DNA of 64,000 nt from Candidatus Cloacimonadales bacterium (lineage in GTDB: Bacteria > Cloacimonadota > Cloacimonadia > Cloacimonadales > JAIOQZ01). Position 1 is the stretch's first letter, and each line of letters begins with the position of its first letter. Below, piece by piece: positions 25,839 to 35,307 of this stretch. The stretch spans positions 448,001-512,000 of the forward strand of contig OY771587.1 in NCBI GenBank assembly GCA_963674825.1, read 5' to 3'. The position numbers and the translations under genes were made by a program. The notes under the pieces are model-generated. The model was not told where the DNA came from, made no database searches, and saw nothing but the letters and a program-made list of their open reading frames with translations.

Positions 25839-28367
25839 TTATTTCATCAGCATCGCTTTTCTTGTGAAAGACTTACCGGCTGAAGTCATGCGAATCAGAT
25901 ACAATCCGCTGGCTACCGGTTTCCTTCTTGCATCTGTTCCGTCCCAAATATAGCTGTGCGCACCTGAAGTCAGATTCTCATCGACCAGTGTCGTAATCTT
26001 CTGACCACGTGTATTGTATATCTCCACGCAAGCATGGCCGGCATTCTCGAGCGAGAAGGATACGGTCGTCTCGGGGTTGAACGGATTCGGATAGCATGCG
26101 TTGAGTGCTGTAGTATAACCAGGCGCCGAAGGGTCATCGCTACCGAGGTAGTCGATATAGACTTCGGTGACAGCGGGATCTTCCACCAGCTCCATCTCGT
26201 TCCACTTCGCAGACTGGAAGTAAACGTTGGTGTAGGTGTCGCTGAGTCCACTTACAGAGCTGCTGAAATTCAGTACGATGGTTGCTTCTTCCACGTTGAT
26301 CGGGCTTGACGAACTGCACGATACATGCACGATCCCGTTATCGCCACTGTATTCGATGCTGTTGAAGCTCATCCCTGGATATTCGATCGATTCGAACGCA
26401 AGGAGGCTGGCATCGTAAGTGAACGTCCAGCTACAAGCATATACGTTATCGACATTCGCCAATGTGAAAGGTACTTCGATGTAAGAACTTCCGCTGATCG
26501 TAACATCTTCGCCAAGAATCTCTGCCGAAGCATCGAATTCACCATCGAGAACCTCGTATGGCAGCTCGGTGATCGCGCCGACAACGTATTTCAGGATCAG
26601 TGTTGCGTCCAGTGACGTAATTTCACCATCGAAGCTCGCGTCTGCAATGACCATCTGAATTTCATCGAAATCAACCTGGCCCGTGAGATATTGCAGGATC
26701 AGAGAAGCATCCCAGGCCTGTACATCACCATTCATATCCACATCGCCGAACATGTCTTCCAGCCCAACCAGGATACGTCCTGGATGCGAAACAACCGGAA
26801 CGATACCGGTATTCACTGTTACCGGACCAAATGTCACATCTACGACATTCAGTTCGGGGGTAGACGGGATATCGAACACTATATTCGCCAGCAGGCCTTC
26901 GCCATTGATCGGTGTTGAGCCTGCGCACGCGATATAAAGGTCATCGCCTTCAAGATTCCATTCGGTTATCCAGTTGTTTGCATCCGGCATCGAGTCAGTA
27001 AACATCACATCCACCGGTGTTGCTTCTGTGCCAAAGCCGTTTACAACGATCTCAAAAGCCTGAATGTTCAACTCATCCGGAATAACACAGGTAATCGGAA
27101 CCGTTGCTGTAGAGCCTGCATCGGCAAACACCTGTCCTGCGTAGATATCGACCACAACATCATCTTCTTCCGGCTGGAATTCATAGCAGCCCATATCGAT
27201 ACCGACCACGCTGTCCAAATTGCCATCGACGAAGCGAGGATTACCCAGCAAATCCAGTTCGCAGAACGGATAGCCGATGTTCTCGTCGCTTCCGGCATCG
27301 ATGCAGGGAGAGTCTGAGCTCAGAGTAAATACGAAGTCCGTCGGTGCGACGAACATCGGATCCTCGGAGATACAACCAGTCCCAGCTGAACAGCCATAGT
27401 AGTTACCGGCAGTGTTGTTCCAGACGTCGTTATTATTAATCTGTAAGGCGTTTGTCGTACTGTAAATGCCATAATCGTCGTTGCTAGCCACAATGTTATT
27501 GTAGATAATGGGGTTACTATAGACCACACCGATACCGCCACCTGTGGGGGCATAGTGGGTTGATGAATTATTGACGATGATATTGTTCCTGATTACGGGA
27601 GCATTACTGCAGAGGCAGTAAACACCACCACCATGATCATCTGTTGTGTTTCCATAGAAGAGGTTGTTTTCTACCAACGCATCTGAGTAATAAATGGTAA
27701 TACCACCACCACCACCCATATAATCATGCCACGCTTCATTGTAGCGAATGATATTGTTGCGAACAATCGGGTAATCTCCAGGAGTATTTTGCGTGTGGTG
27801 TAAGCCAATTGCACCGCCTCCTGCAAAGTCTGTCGCGTCTGCTACGTTATATTCAAGAAGACAGTTCTCGATGATACCGTCTGCTCCATCGTTAAAAAAA
27901 ATCGCACCACCACACCCTCTGGCAGCATTCCCTGTACCGGCAATACAATGCCGAATGATACAGTTTCGGACGATAATTGATCCAGCCGTACAGAAGATAC
28001 CACCACCGTGTCTTCCTGCATTTCCATTCTCAATTGTAAAGCCTTCGATCACATCATCACGAGTCTGATTCGAATAGTTAAAATAGAAAGCCCGTCCCTG
28101 GTCTTCGCAATCGATGATACAGTTTTCTGGACCATTCTGAGACCTTACGATAAGGTGCTTTACAGCTCCATCCCAGCCCATTTCACGATTCGATTCACCA
28201 GTGTAGATTCCATCAAGAACAACAATTTCATCGCCATCGGACGCTTGAGCAATCGCTTCTGAAATCGATGTGAAGTCTCCTGTACCATTGACATCGACTA
28301 AGATCGTTTCAGCATATGCCCAGCTGCACAATAGCATGATGATCGTGAGGAAAAACGTTCGTTTCAT
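25839..28367 (-). CDS. Secreted protein: parallel beta-helix + cohesin-like + dockerin-like + cohesin-like + FlgD-Ig/T9SS-type CTD
   Basis: Signal peptide; GGGI..N beta-helix repeats; SPCIDAG...DMGCYE; duplicated GDVDMNGDVQAWDASLIL/ADASFDGEITSLDATLIL; C-terminal YPNPFNP...KAMLMK. Confidence 0.8.
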   Translation of the reverse strand: MKRTFFLTIIMLLCSWAYAETILVDVNGTGDFTSISEAIAQASDGDEIVVLDGIYTGESNREMGWDGAVKHLIVRSQNGPENCIIDCEDQGRAFYFNYSNQTRDDVIEGFTIENGNAGRHGGGIFCTAGSIIVRNCIIRHCIAGTGNAARGCGGAIFFNDGADGIIENCLLEYNVADATDFAGGGAIGLHHTQNTPGDYPIVRNNIIRYNEAWHDYMGGGGGITIYYSDALVENNLFYGNTTDDHGGGVYCLCSNAPVIRNNIIVNNSSTHYAPTGGGIGVVYSNPIIYNNIVASNDDYGIYSTTNALQINNNDVWNNTAGNYYGCSAGTGCISEDPMFVAPTDFVFTLSSDSPCIDAGSDENIGYPFCELDLLGNPRFVDGNLDSVVGIDMGCYEFQPEEDDVVVDIYAGQVFADAGSTATVPITCVIPDELNIQAFEIVVNGFGTEATPVDVMFTDSMPDANNWITEWNLEGDDLYIACAGSTPINGEGLLANIVFDIPSTPELNVVDVTFGPVTVNTGIVPVVSHPGRILVGLEDMFGDVDMNGDVQAWDASLILQYLTGQVDFDEIQMVIADASFDGEITSLDATLILKYVVGAITELPYEVLDGEFDASAEILGEDVTISGSSYIEVPFTLANVDNVYACSWTFTYDASLLAFESIEYPGMSFNSIEYSGDNGIVHVSCSSSSPINVEEATIVLNFSSSVSGLSDTYTNVYFQSAKWNEMELVEDPAVTEVYIDYLGSDDPSAPGYTTALNACYPNPFNPETTVSFSLENAGHACVEIYNTRGQKITTLVDENLTSGAHSYIWDGTDARRKPVASGLYLIRMTSAGKSFTRKAMLMK

Positions 28368-28501
28368 TGCGCACCTCCTAAAAGATATACGGTAAGATAC
28401 ACTGAATAGTTAATTGTTGTCAAATCTTTTTTGCTGAAAAAGATAAGGTTTCGCTAAGATGAGGTGATAACATGATTTTGGATTCTTATTTTCGAATGAA
28501 A

Positions 28502-29296
28502 TTAGCTAGTTCTTCGGTATAATCCAACTCCGCGCGTTGGTAGATCTTCAAGAACTGATACCAGTTTAAACCCCATAGATTCAAGGCGATTCGTCATCTC
28601 TTCCCGCGAGATAATCCAGTCATGCCACTCTAATAATACAGCATCAACTCGATCGAAGAAACTATTGCCAGGAACAAGAAAATCTTTTTCTCCACCCTCG
28701 ATATCGATCTTTGCAAGGCTGCATCGTACATCTCCGAAAGCTTTTAACCACTCTTCTTCGACATCGACTGTCGAAACCATTATCTTGTGCCACTTGCCTT
28801 TCTGCGGCAATCCTGGTTCTCCTTCCGGAAAGCGAGATGAAATAATGTGAGAATCACTTACAAAGAATTCTTCAATAGTCGTTTCTCCGGGAGCAGAAAC
28901 AAGCCCATTAACAACATGCAGGTTACTCAATCGATTTTTCTTAGTCATCCACCGAGTCTCTTCGCACATCTCAGGATTGGCGTCTATCGCGATCCCTTTC
29001 AAGGCCTTATTCTTTGTCTTATCCGCAACCAAAGCCGAAAAGTACCCTATATTGCAACCAATATCGATAAAAGAACCGATCGTTCCGTCGAATGCTTGTC
29101 CATAGACACCAGACGAAAACACTTCGCTTGCCAGTATGAATGATTCAACGTGCTTGATTCTATATCTTGTACCATTTGGCAAAGCTTTCACGATCGGAAA
29201 TTTATGTAGCAGCCACGTGATCAGGTAGCGGAAACCAAGCTTATTCAGCATAAAATGCACTATGCCAAGTCGATTCAGAAGCTCAACTACGCTCAT
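28502..29296 (-). CDS. FkbM-family methyltransferase
   Basis: FIDIGCNIGYFS, IDANP, KIDIEGGE; GGAGG RBS before ATG at 29296. Confidence 0.85.
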   Translation of the reverse strand: MSVVELLNRLGIVHFMLNKLGFRYLITWLLHKFPIVKALPNGTRYRIKHVESFILASEVFSSGVYGQAFDGTIGSFIDIGCNIGYFSALVADKTKNKALKGIAIDANPEMCEETRWMTKKNRLSNLHVVNGLVSAPGETTIEEFFVSDSHIISSRFPEGEPGLPQKGKWHKIMVSTVDVEEEWLKAFGDVRCSLAKIDIEGGEKDFLVPGNSFFDRVDAVLLEWHDWIISREEMTNRLESMGFKLVSVLEDLPTRGVGLYRRTS

Positions 29297-30302
29297 TGGC
29301 GTCCTCCGTTTCATCAAGTAATTCTTTACCGGAAAATATCGAAGTACCTGTCCAGCTCAAAGCGATCACCCCGAGAATGACGATCAGTAATCCCGTCAGC
29401 AAATGCCCGAAAGTCATAACGGCACTAACGAGGTTTTTGTCCAGCCCAAATCCAACACTGAAAATCAACACCATCAGTAACTCATTGCTGCCGATTTGTG
29501 CCGGAGGATGAGGCAAAACATAGGATAGATAGATCAAAGTGTAGCCGAAAAGCACAGTGAAAAATCCAATTGGTGTACCGAACGCCCAGAACAAAAGAAT
29601 AACAACAAGCGTATCGGTCAGCACAGCAAACAGAGTCAGAAAGACAATTTGCGGGATCAGCATATAATGGTGACGAAACAAGCCTACACCCTGCATAAAG
29701 AGCGAAAAGACTTCCTTAACTTTCATCTTCTGCTTTTCAGGCAAAAAGAAAAACAAGTTGAGGATCACAGCCGTCGTCTTTTCATGAGCCAATGACGCTG
29801 CAATAAGAATGAAGATGCCGATCAATACGATTCCAAGAATTATTGAAATCAGTCCCCACAGCGGTTTGCTTATATGAATAGGCAAGAAAGGAATCAACAA
29901 CAGCACAATGAAAATCGCGATAGAATCGAACAGCTTATCAATAAAAACCGTTGGCAGCGTTCGCGATACACGCAAGTTGTATTTTCTTTTCAGGAAATAG
30001 CATTTCGCAATCTCACCTGCACGAATAGGGATAACATAGTTTATGAAATTACTGCCCATGAAGATGTTGTATGTCGATAATGGGGGAACTCTTTGCACCG
30101 TGGAAAGTATCACATTCCAGCGCAGGGATCGTATCAGATATGATATAACATACACCAATGCAGATAACAGCGCTATACGAACGTCTATTTGAAGGAAATA
30201 TCCCACTAAAATCGAAGGATCAATCACATAGAACCAGATGCCCAGAAAGATAAGCCCGAGCAAAAAACTTAAGGCCATGCGCATATATTTATTTTTCAAC
30301 AT
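29283..30302 (-). CDS. Lysylphosphatidylglycerol-synthase TM / flippase-like membrane protein
   Basis: RSLRW...NYVIPIRAGEIAK...DKLFD, P-PAQIG; about 8 TM segments. Confidence 0.8.
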   Translation of the reverse strand: MLKNKYMRMALSFLLGLIFLGIWFYVIDPSILVGYFLQIDVRIALLSALVYVISYLIRSLRWNVILSTVQRVPPLSTYNIFMGSNFINYVIPIRAGEIAKCYFLKRKYNLRVSRTLPTVFIDKLFDSIAIFIVLLLIPFLPIHISKPLWGLISIILGIVLIGIFILIAASLAHEKTTAVILNLFFFLPEKQKMKVKEVFSLFMQGVGLFRHHYMLIPQIVFLTLFAVLTDTLVVILLFWAFGTPIGFFTVLFGYTLIYLSYVLPHPPAQIGSNELLMVLIFSVGFGLDKNLVSAVMTFGHLLTGLLIVILGVIALSWTGTSIFSGKELLDETEDANERS

Positions 30303-31404
30303 AGTGTTCGGGATTGGAAAAGCCTTTTACATGAATTCGTTGATGCGGACAGTGATCGAAACAGCGAAGACAACGAAGGCATTTCTTGGTATCAATTGAC
30401 CAATCATCCTTGATTGCTTTTACCGGGCAGTTATCGATACATATCCGGCAAGTATTACAGATTGGAAAGGAATTGATGTATGGATGTGTTCCAAAATATC
30501 CTGTTTTATACATGAACTCGTTGAAGTGGGTCTTGAACACAAGATTCCAGAAAATATCCACAACATACAGACCACGATAGAATAGCCGATAAATCCCACT
30601 TTGCTGTGGTAGTTCATACTTTCGCGGTACTATATCACCCTGAATATCGATATTTGATGGCGGCTGAGCCAGTCGGATGTATTCGATTGAGCGCCAATCG
30701 ACCTGCATAAAATCACAGAGAACCTTATCGAGCGCTTGTTGATGAGTCGATGCGAAAAGCATGTTCGAGCGAACCACCGTGCCGTAAACCGCACCATCGC
30801 CCTCCATGCTATTGAGTGCGTCACAGATGGTGATCGTCGGGGTTAAAAGCTTTGCCAGATCCGCAACACATCCATGTATGCCACGAACATGCATCTGTTT
30901 GCGAGTACGATTGTTAACCAGCCCCATGAGGTTCTTCATGCCAGTCGTTACTGTCGTTATGACATGTGTTTTCAGGATTGGCAGATTAACAAGCTTGGCA
31001 TCTTTGAGAAGCGGATTGACATAAGCTCGCTTAAGGAGTTTACCACCTGGAATCTTACGGCAAATGTAGTCTCTTTCATCTGGAATAGATACTTCAAGTC
31101 CACATGTCTCTGCAAGCTCCTTGATTCCGAGAAAATGAAAAACTTCTTGCGATCTGAATTCCATGCCGGGTAACTCGGTAAGATATGGCTTTGCCCCTAA
31201 TTGATTTAGACGCAAGGCAACAGCTTTTATTAAATCCAAGTTTGTTGTCGCTCCCGCAGTGCTTACACGCGGCGCAACAAAATTTGGCTTTAATATCACC
31301 TTATCGCCCCGATTGAATAGCGCATCGAATCCGATTTCGTCCAGAAATCGTACTAAATCTACATCTAAGTTATCAATCTTCCTTGCAAAAACAATGGGAT
31401 TCAT
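30289..31404 (-). CDS. DUF362 domain protein with C-terminal 2[4Fe-4S] domain
   Basis: VILKPNFV...ATTN...NLPILKTH...MKNLMG...MEGDG; two CxxCxxCxxxCP motifs. Confidence 0.85.
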   Translation of the reverse strand: MNPIVFARKIDNLDVDLVRFLDEIGFDALFNRGDKVILKPNFVAPRVSTAGATTNLDLIKAVALRLNQLGAKPYLTELPGMEFRSQEVFHFLGIKELAETCGLEVSIPDERDYICRKIPGGKLLKRAYVNPLLKDAKLVNLPILKTHVITTVTTGMKNLMGLVNNRTRKQMHVRGIHGCVADLAKLLTPTITICDALNSMEGDGAVYGTVVRSNMLFASTHQQALDKVLCDFMQVDWRSIEYIRLAQPPSNIDIQGDIVPRKYELPQQSGIYRLFYRGLYVVDIFWNLVFKTHFNEFMYKTGYFGTHPYINSFPICNTCRICIDNCPVKAIKDDWSIDTKKCLRCLRCFDHCPHQRIHVKGFSNPEHYVEK

Positions 31405-31500
31405 TCTCTCTCCTGTTTGCTTCACAGCATCAACCATTCCAGAATTGAAAACCGGTCAAGCATTTTATTCAGCGCGATGCCAGCCCGACATGGCTGGAAG

Positions 31501-31527
31501 AAAAAACCCCGCCGAAACCGACGGGGT
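31501..31527 (-). terminator. Intrinsic terminator
   Basis: Minus-strand ACCCCGTCGG-ttt-CGGCGGGGTTTTTT. Confidence 0.75.
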
Positions 31528-31549
31528 CGAGAACATATCGTCACATGCT

Positions 31550-34393
31550 TTATTTCAGCATGAGCGCTTTGCTTGTCATAACGGCACCGCCAGCTTCGAG
31601 CTTGAAGAGATAGATACCAGACGCAGCTGTTTTACCGGATGCATCGGTTCCATCCCAGATGGCTTCGTTCATGCCCTTCTGACCCGATCCGTAAACGAGT
31701 GTTCTCACCTTGCGACCACGAAGGTCGTAGACGGTCACGTTGACATGCATCGGTTCGGACAGCGTATAGCTGAGCCTGGTGGAAGGATTGAACGGGTTGG
31801 GATAGATCGCCTGGATCGCTGTTGCGAAGCTGGCATCAGGTGTATCATCCGGTTCTTCATCCTGCGTGATCGTAACCGTTGTGGGGCCGTACAGAGATAC
31901 GGATCCACTCAGGTCGATGCATTCGAGCCAGTAGTAGTACTGATTATCTTCGATCACATCGTTATCCACGAACTCGTAGCTCGTCTCGGATGTGCTATTC
32001 TCTGCCGGAACCAGGGCATTGTTGATTCCCTTCGCAAGCTGGATGTCGTCAGTTGAACCGCGAAGGATGTTGTAGCCGGCCATATCGTTCTCGGACTGCG
32101 TCGTCCACTTCAGCATCGCGAAATTCTCGGATGTTACTGTTGCGGAGAATGCCGAAAGCTCGACTGGAAGGGTACCACCGCCGTTATCCACGATGAATTC
32201 TTCTTCCCCACGACTCGTTGCACTATAATCGAATGTCACAGATCCCACACCGAAGGTCGCGAACGCGCTGATGTCTTCCCACCGATCGCTGTTCCAGCGA
32301 TAGAGCTGATCCGGCGTAAAGGTAGTGCCGAAAGTGAAGGTCAGCGTTGTGGTGATGCCAGCCGGGAACGTGGCGTTGAATGCCGCACCGCAATTCTGCA
32401 GTTCAGCAACGGGATGCATAGGAAGATCGGTCACCTGGCAGCCGAGAATCGGGATGTTTGGTACCGACCCAAAGGAGAAATCGAATGTCGGCTGTACATT
32501 TCCTGCGCCGAGGTTTATCACCGGCAAGGTAATCGGTGCCGGATCAGGATCGGTGACATCGGTCATTTCCGTATAAACAACCGAAGCGGGATACTCCTCA
32601 TCACCGACCGGCTCATCCGCCACGGTGAAGCTCCAGGATGCGTAGCCTGTTGTAACACCGGTTGCGTTGTAGGCTACCACATGCCAGCTCACAACCTCGC
32701 CCCAGGCTGCCTGCGCAAGCTGTTTTGTATAAACGATATCGCCGCTCCATAAGATATCGGAGCCAATCTGTGTCGCCCCCTGATACACACGGAAGCCTGT
32801 CGGAGCTCCATTGCCTTCCCAACGCCAGTCGATGGTAACCTGCCGTGGCAGTCCTGTAGCGTTGTTTTCCGGAAAAACATGACTTGGCTGATCGGGAATC
32901 GTTGTAAAGTTGAGGGCTGTTCCATAGCTTGTCCCCTCGCTGTTGGTCGCGAAGGCGCGTACGTAATAAGTCGTGTTTGGCTCGAGTGACGACATGGAGC
33001 ATGTGTAAGACCCAGTTCCACTGCCGTTTACTACCGTGCTGTTTGAGATCGTAGGTGAACTGGTCGAGCTGGAATAAGCGATACCGCGCGATGTCACAGC
33101 GCCACCGCCGTCAGCGGTTACCTGGCAGGAAACAGACGCCGATGTCTCGCCCACGCTAGAGACCGAATTCGTTACAACCGTAGCCGGATTGTTGTCGCGG
33201 CCAAGGGAGTAAAAAGCGTCTCCAGATGGCGTATATCCGTTGAAATAGACCAAATCGCCCGAAATACTGCTGCCGGAAGCGACAACCGAGTAGGTACTCG
33301 ATGTACTGGTTCTACGCATCAATTTGTAGTTCGACGCAGCGAGTTCGCTATCATAGAGGTCGCTACCAAAGTCACTGATATCGAAGCGAACGTTGATCGC
33401 ATCGTTGGCATTGTCGTCGAGGAACCACTCCCTTGCGGACCGCAAATCGACGTCAGAGGGAAGATACGTTGTTGCCGTGCCAGTCGAAGAGCTACAGCCA
33501 TAGGAGTAAAATTCTGTCGCGCTGATGGAAGCGGTGCTATAGTCCTGCATTTCCATACCATAGTTATTGCTGGTCCAGGAGGTCCCGAGATAGTTCCAGA
33601 GCGATTCGGGGTGCAAACCGGTGAACGTTGAGAACTGCCCTACCGGAGCGTACGAGGTTACCCAATCCGAGGATGAGTCCATGTTGACCATCGATCCCGT
33701 ATAGGTATAGGAATATTCGTTATGTACATAGCTGCCCGAGGTTTCGTTCATTTTCCAATAACCAATAAGATTACCACCGGTGCTGGGGAGTTCGCCGTAC
33801 ATTCTGTCCTGTATCTCCGTCGCTGTAAGATCGTCCGACCACAAGCGTACATCGTCGATCCGTCCATCAAAATAGTAGTTCTCATCATCGTCTTTATACG
33901 CGCCAATGGTAAAGAAATTCGGGATTGTCTCCCAACGGATCGTGCCAGCACCCTTACTGTACGAGTCCACAAGAGCACCGTTCTTGTAGAGATACATCAT
34001 ACCGGTCGAGCTGTTATACGTTCCGGCTATATGCGTCCAGGTGTTTGTGCTCAACGTGGTATGCGGATACGATGAATAGCTGTCGGTCGTTCCACCCAAG
34101 CGCTGAAGCCACCAGGTAAGATAACCGTTGTAGAAAAAGAAACCATATCCGTTCTCGTTACCGCCGCTATCTTCCAGGTAGGTTACAACACCTTCCCATG
34201 AGCCGACACTATTGACGTATACCCAACATTCGAGTGTGATGTAATTGCTCTGCCGAAGAGCACTGTAGGTGCCACAATTGACATAGTCGTTCGAGCCGTC
34301 AAAGTCAAGGCAATTGCCATAGGCTGATAGCTCGCCAAGTCCGAAGATGGTAAATAGTAAGATCATAAATACAACCGAATGATTTTTATTCAT
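31550..34393 (-). CDS. Secreted LamG/ConA-like + FN3 protein with LPVEL motif and FlgD-Ig/T9SS-type CTD
   Basis: Signal peptide; LDFDGSNDYV...WTHIAGTY...FDGRIDDVRLW (LamG); LEPNTTYYVRAFATN (FN3); TLPVELSAF; YPNPFNP...KALMLK. Confidence 0.82.
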   Translation of the reverse strand: MNKNHSVVFMILLFTIFGLGELSAYGNCLDFDGSNDYVNCGTYSALRQSNYITLECWVYVNSVGSWEGVVTYLEDSGGNENGYGFFFYNGYLTWWLQRLGGTTDSYSSYPHTTLSTNTWTHIAGTYNSSTGMMYLYKNGALVDSYSKGAGTIRWETIPNFFTIGAYKDDDENYYFDGRIDDVRLWSDDLTATEIQDRMYGELPSTGGNLIGYWKMNETSGSYVHNEYSYTYTGSMVNMDSSSDWVTSYAPVGQFSTFTGLHPESLWNYLGTSWTSNNYGMEMQDYSTASISATEFYSYGCSSSTGTATTYLPSDVDLRSAREWFLDDNANDAINVRFDISDFGSDLYDSELAASNYKLMRRTSTSSTYSVVASGSSISGDLVYFNGYTPSGDAFYSLGRDNNPATVVTNSVSSVGETSASVSCQVTADGGGAVTSRGIAYSSSTSSPTISNSTVVNGSGTGSYTCSMSSLEPNTTYYVRAFATNSEGTSYGTALNFTTIPDQPSHVFPENNATGLPRQVTIDWRWEGNGAPTGFRVYQGATQIGSDILWSGDIVYTKQLAQAAWGEVVSWHVVAYNATGVTTGYASWSFTVADEPVGDEEYPASVVYTEMTDVTDPDPAPITLPVINLGAGNVQPTFDFSFGSVPNIPILGCQVTDLPMHPVAELQNCGAAFNATFPAGITTTLTFTFGTTFTPDQLYRWNSDRWEDISAFATFGVGSVTFDYSATSRGEEEFIVDNGGGTLPVELSAFSATVTSENFAMLKWTTQSENDMAGYNILRGSTDDIQLAKGINNALVPAENSTSETSYEFVDNDVIEDNQYYYWLECIDLSGSVSLYGPTTVTITQDEEPDDTPDASFATAIQAIYPNPFNPSTRLSYTLSEPMHVNVTVYDLRGRKVRTLVYGSGQKGMNEAIWDGTDASGKTAASGIYLFKLEAGGAVMTSKALMLK

Positions 34394-34767
34394 TTATCCT
34401 CCGTTATTATGTCCATATAACGATTTTTCAATTCACCCGGCATGAATTGTATGATATATGATAACATAACCACGAACAACATTTCGTCAAGCTCATTATT
34501 TAACTTCGAATACCTTTACCTGACAGTTCCATACATTTTATTGCTGATTCAATCGATACCCAAAGACAAGCTATCGTACTTTGATATGCATTCATTCAGT
34601 TTTTCCCATCCTGTTGCCAGATATGCCTTATCTCTATATACACGCACCACGCAGCAGATTCGTTCAAGCCCGAGCAGCTGTGTTCATCCACTTCGAAGAC
34701 GTGGTGTTACACGGCGTCGCGAAAGGATTGGGCGAATATGCGACGTGACTGGTATAAGCATATAGGG

Positions 34768-34863
34768 CTCTCTGCTCCTGCTCTTTTCCATAGGGGGAGG
34801 CAGGATGGGTATCCATTGTCCTTCTTCTATTAAGGGGAGAGGGTTGGGGGGAAGGTCTCTTTC
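34768..34863. repeat. BoxC-like dispersed palindromic repeat
   Basis: 34835-34863 matches 38068-38096 at 26/29 nt; both copies are preceded by CTCTCTGCTCC. Confidence 0.6.
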
Positions 34864-34898
34864 ATAACTCGTAACGAAATGATTTGTGGCAAAAAAAA

Positions 34899-34975
34899 TG
34901 GCACGCCAGCAGGGACTCGAACCCCGGACCTACGGCTTAGAAGGCCGTTGCTCTATCCGGCTGAGCTACTGGCGC
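34899..34975 (-). tRNA. tRNA-Arg(TCT)
   Basis: GCGCCAGTAGCTCAG...ACGGC-CTTCTAA-GCCGT...GTTCGAGTC...CTGGCGTGCCA; 77 nt with encoded CCA. Confidence 0.95.
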
Positions 34976-35028
34976 GCGCTAAAATAAAAAATGCTTATCG
35001 TCCGCCGCGGCATAGATAAGCAAATATA

Positions 35029-35105
35029 TGGTAGCGGCACAGGGACTCGAACCCCGGACACTCGGATTATGATTCCGATGCTCTAACCAACTGAGCTATG
35101 CCGCC
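35029..35105 (-). tRNA. tRNA-Met(CAT), probably elongator
   Basis: GGCGGCATAGCTCAGTTGGTTAGAGC...TCGGA-ATCATAA-TCCGA...CCA. Ile2 cannot be fully excluded. Confidence 0.9.
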
Positions 35106-35120
35106 ACGTCTATTCAAAAA

Positions 35121-35197
35121 TGGTAGCGAGGGGAGGATTTGAACCTCCGGCCTTCGGGTTATGAGCCCGACGAGCTACCTGACTGCTCCACCTCGCG
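35121..35197 (-). tRNA. Initiator tRNA-fMet(CAT)
   Basis: CGCGAGGTGGAGCAG...TCGGG-CTCATAA-CCCGA; unpaired 1:72 position and three G-C pairs in the anticodon stem. Confidence 0.95.
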
Positions 35198-35307
35198 TCA
35201 CGTGCTGGACATAAAATAGCAGCCTGATTTCGTGTCAAGGAAAATCCAAAAAGAAATTGCTTGACGCTGGAAACGATATCACAGGAGTATATTCGTGGAG
35301 TTAGTAA

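Noticed and set aside
34400..34899. Integrated element or att site downstream of tRNA-Arg; 107-aa ORF at 34442-34765
   Set aside because: No integrase and no duplicated tRNA 3' end were seen; the ORF has no RBS or motif.
34992..35022. Hairpin between tRNA-Met and tRNA-Arg as a separate ncRNA
   Set aside because: The TGCTTATC/GATAAGCA stem fits an ordinary tRNA-operon spacer or terminator structure.
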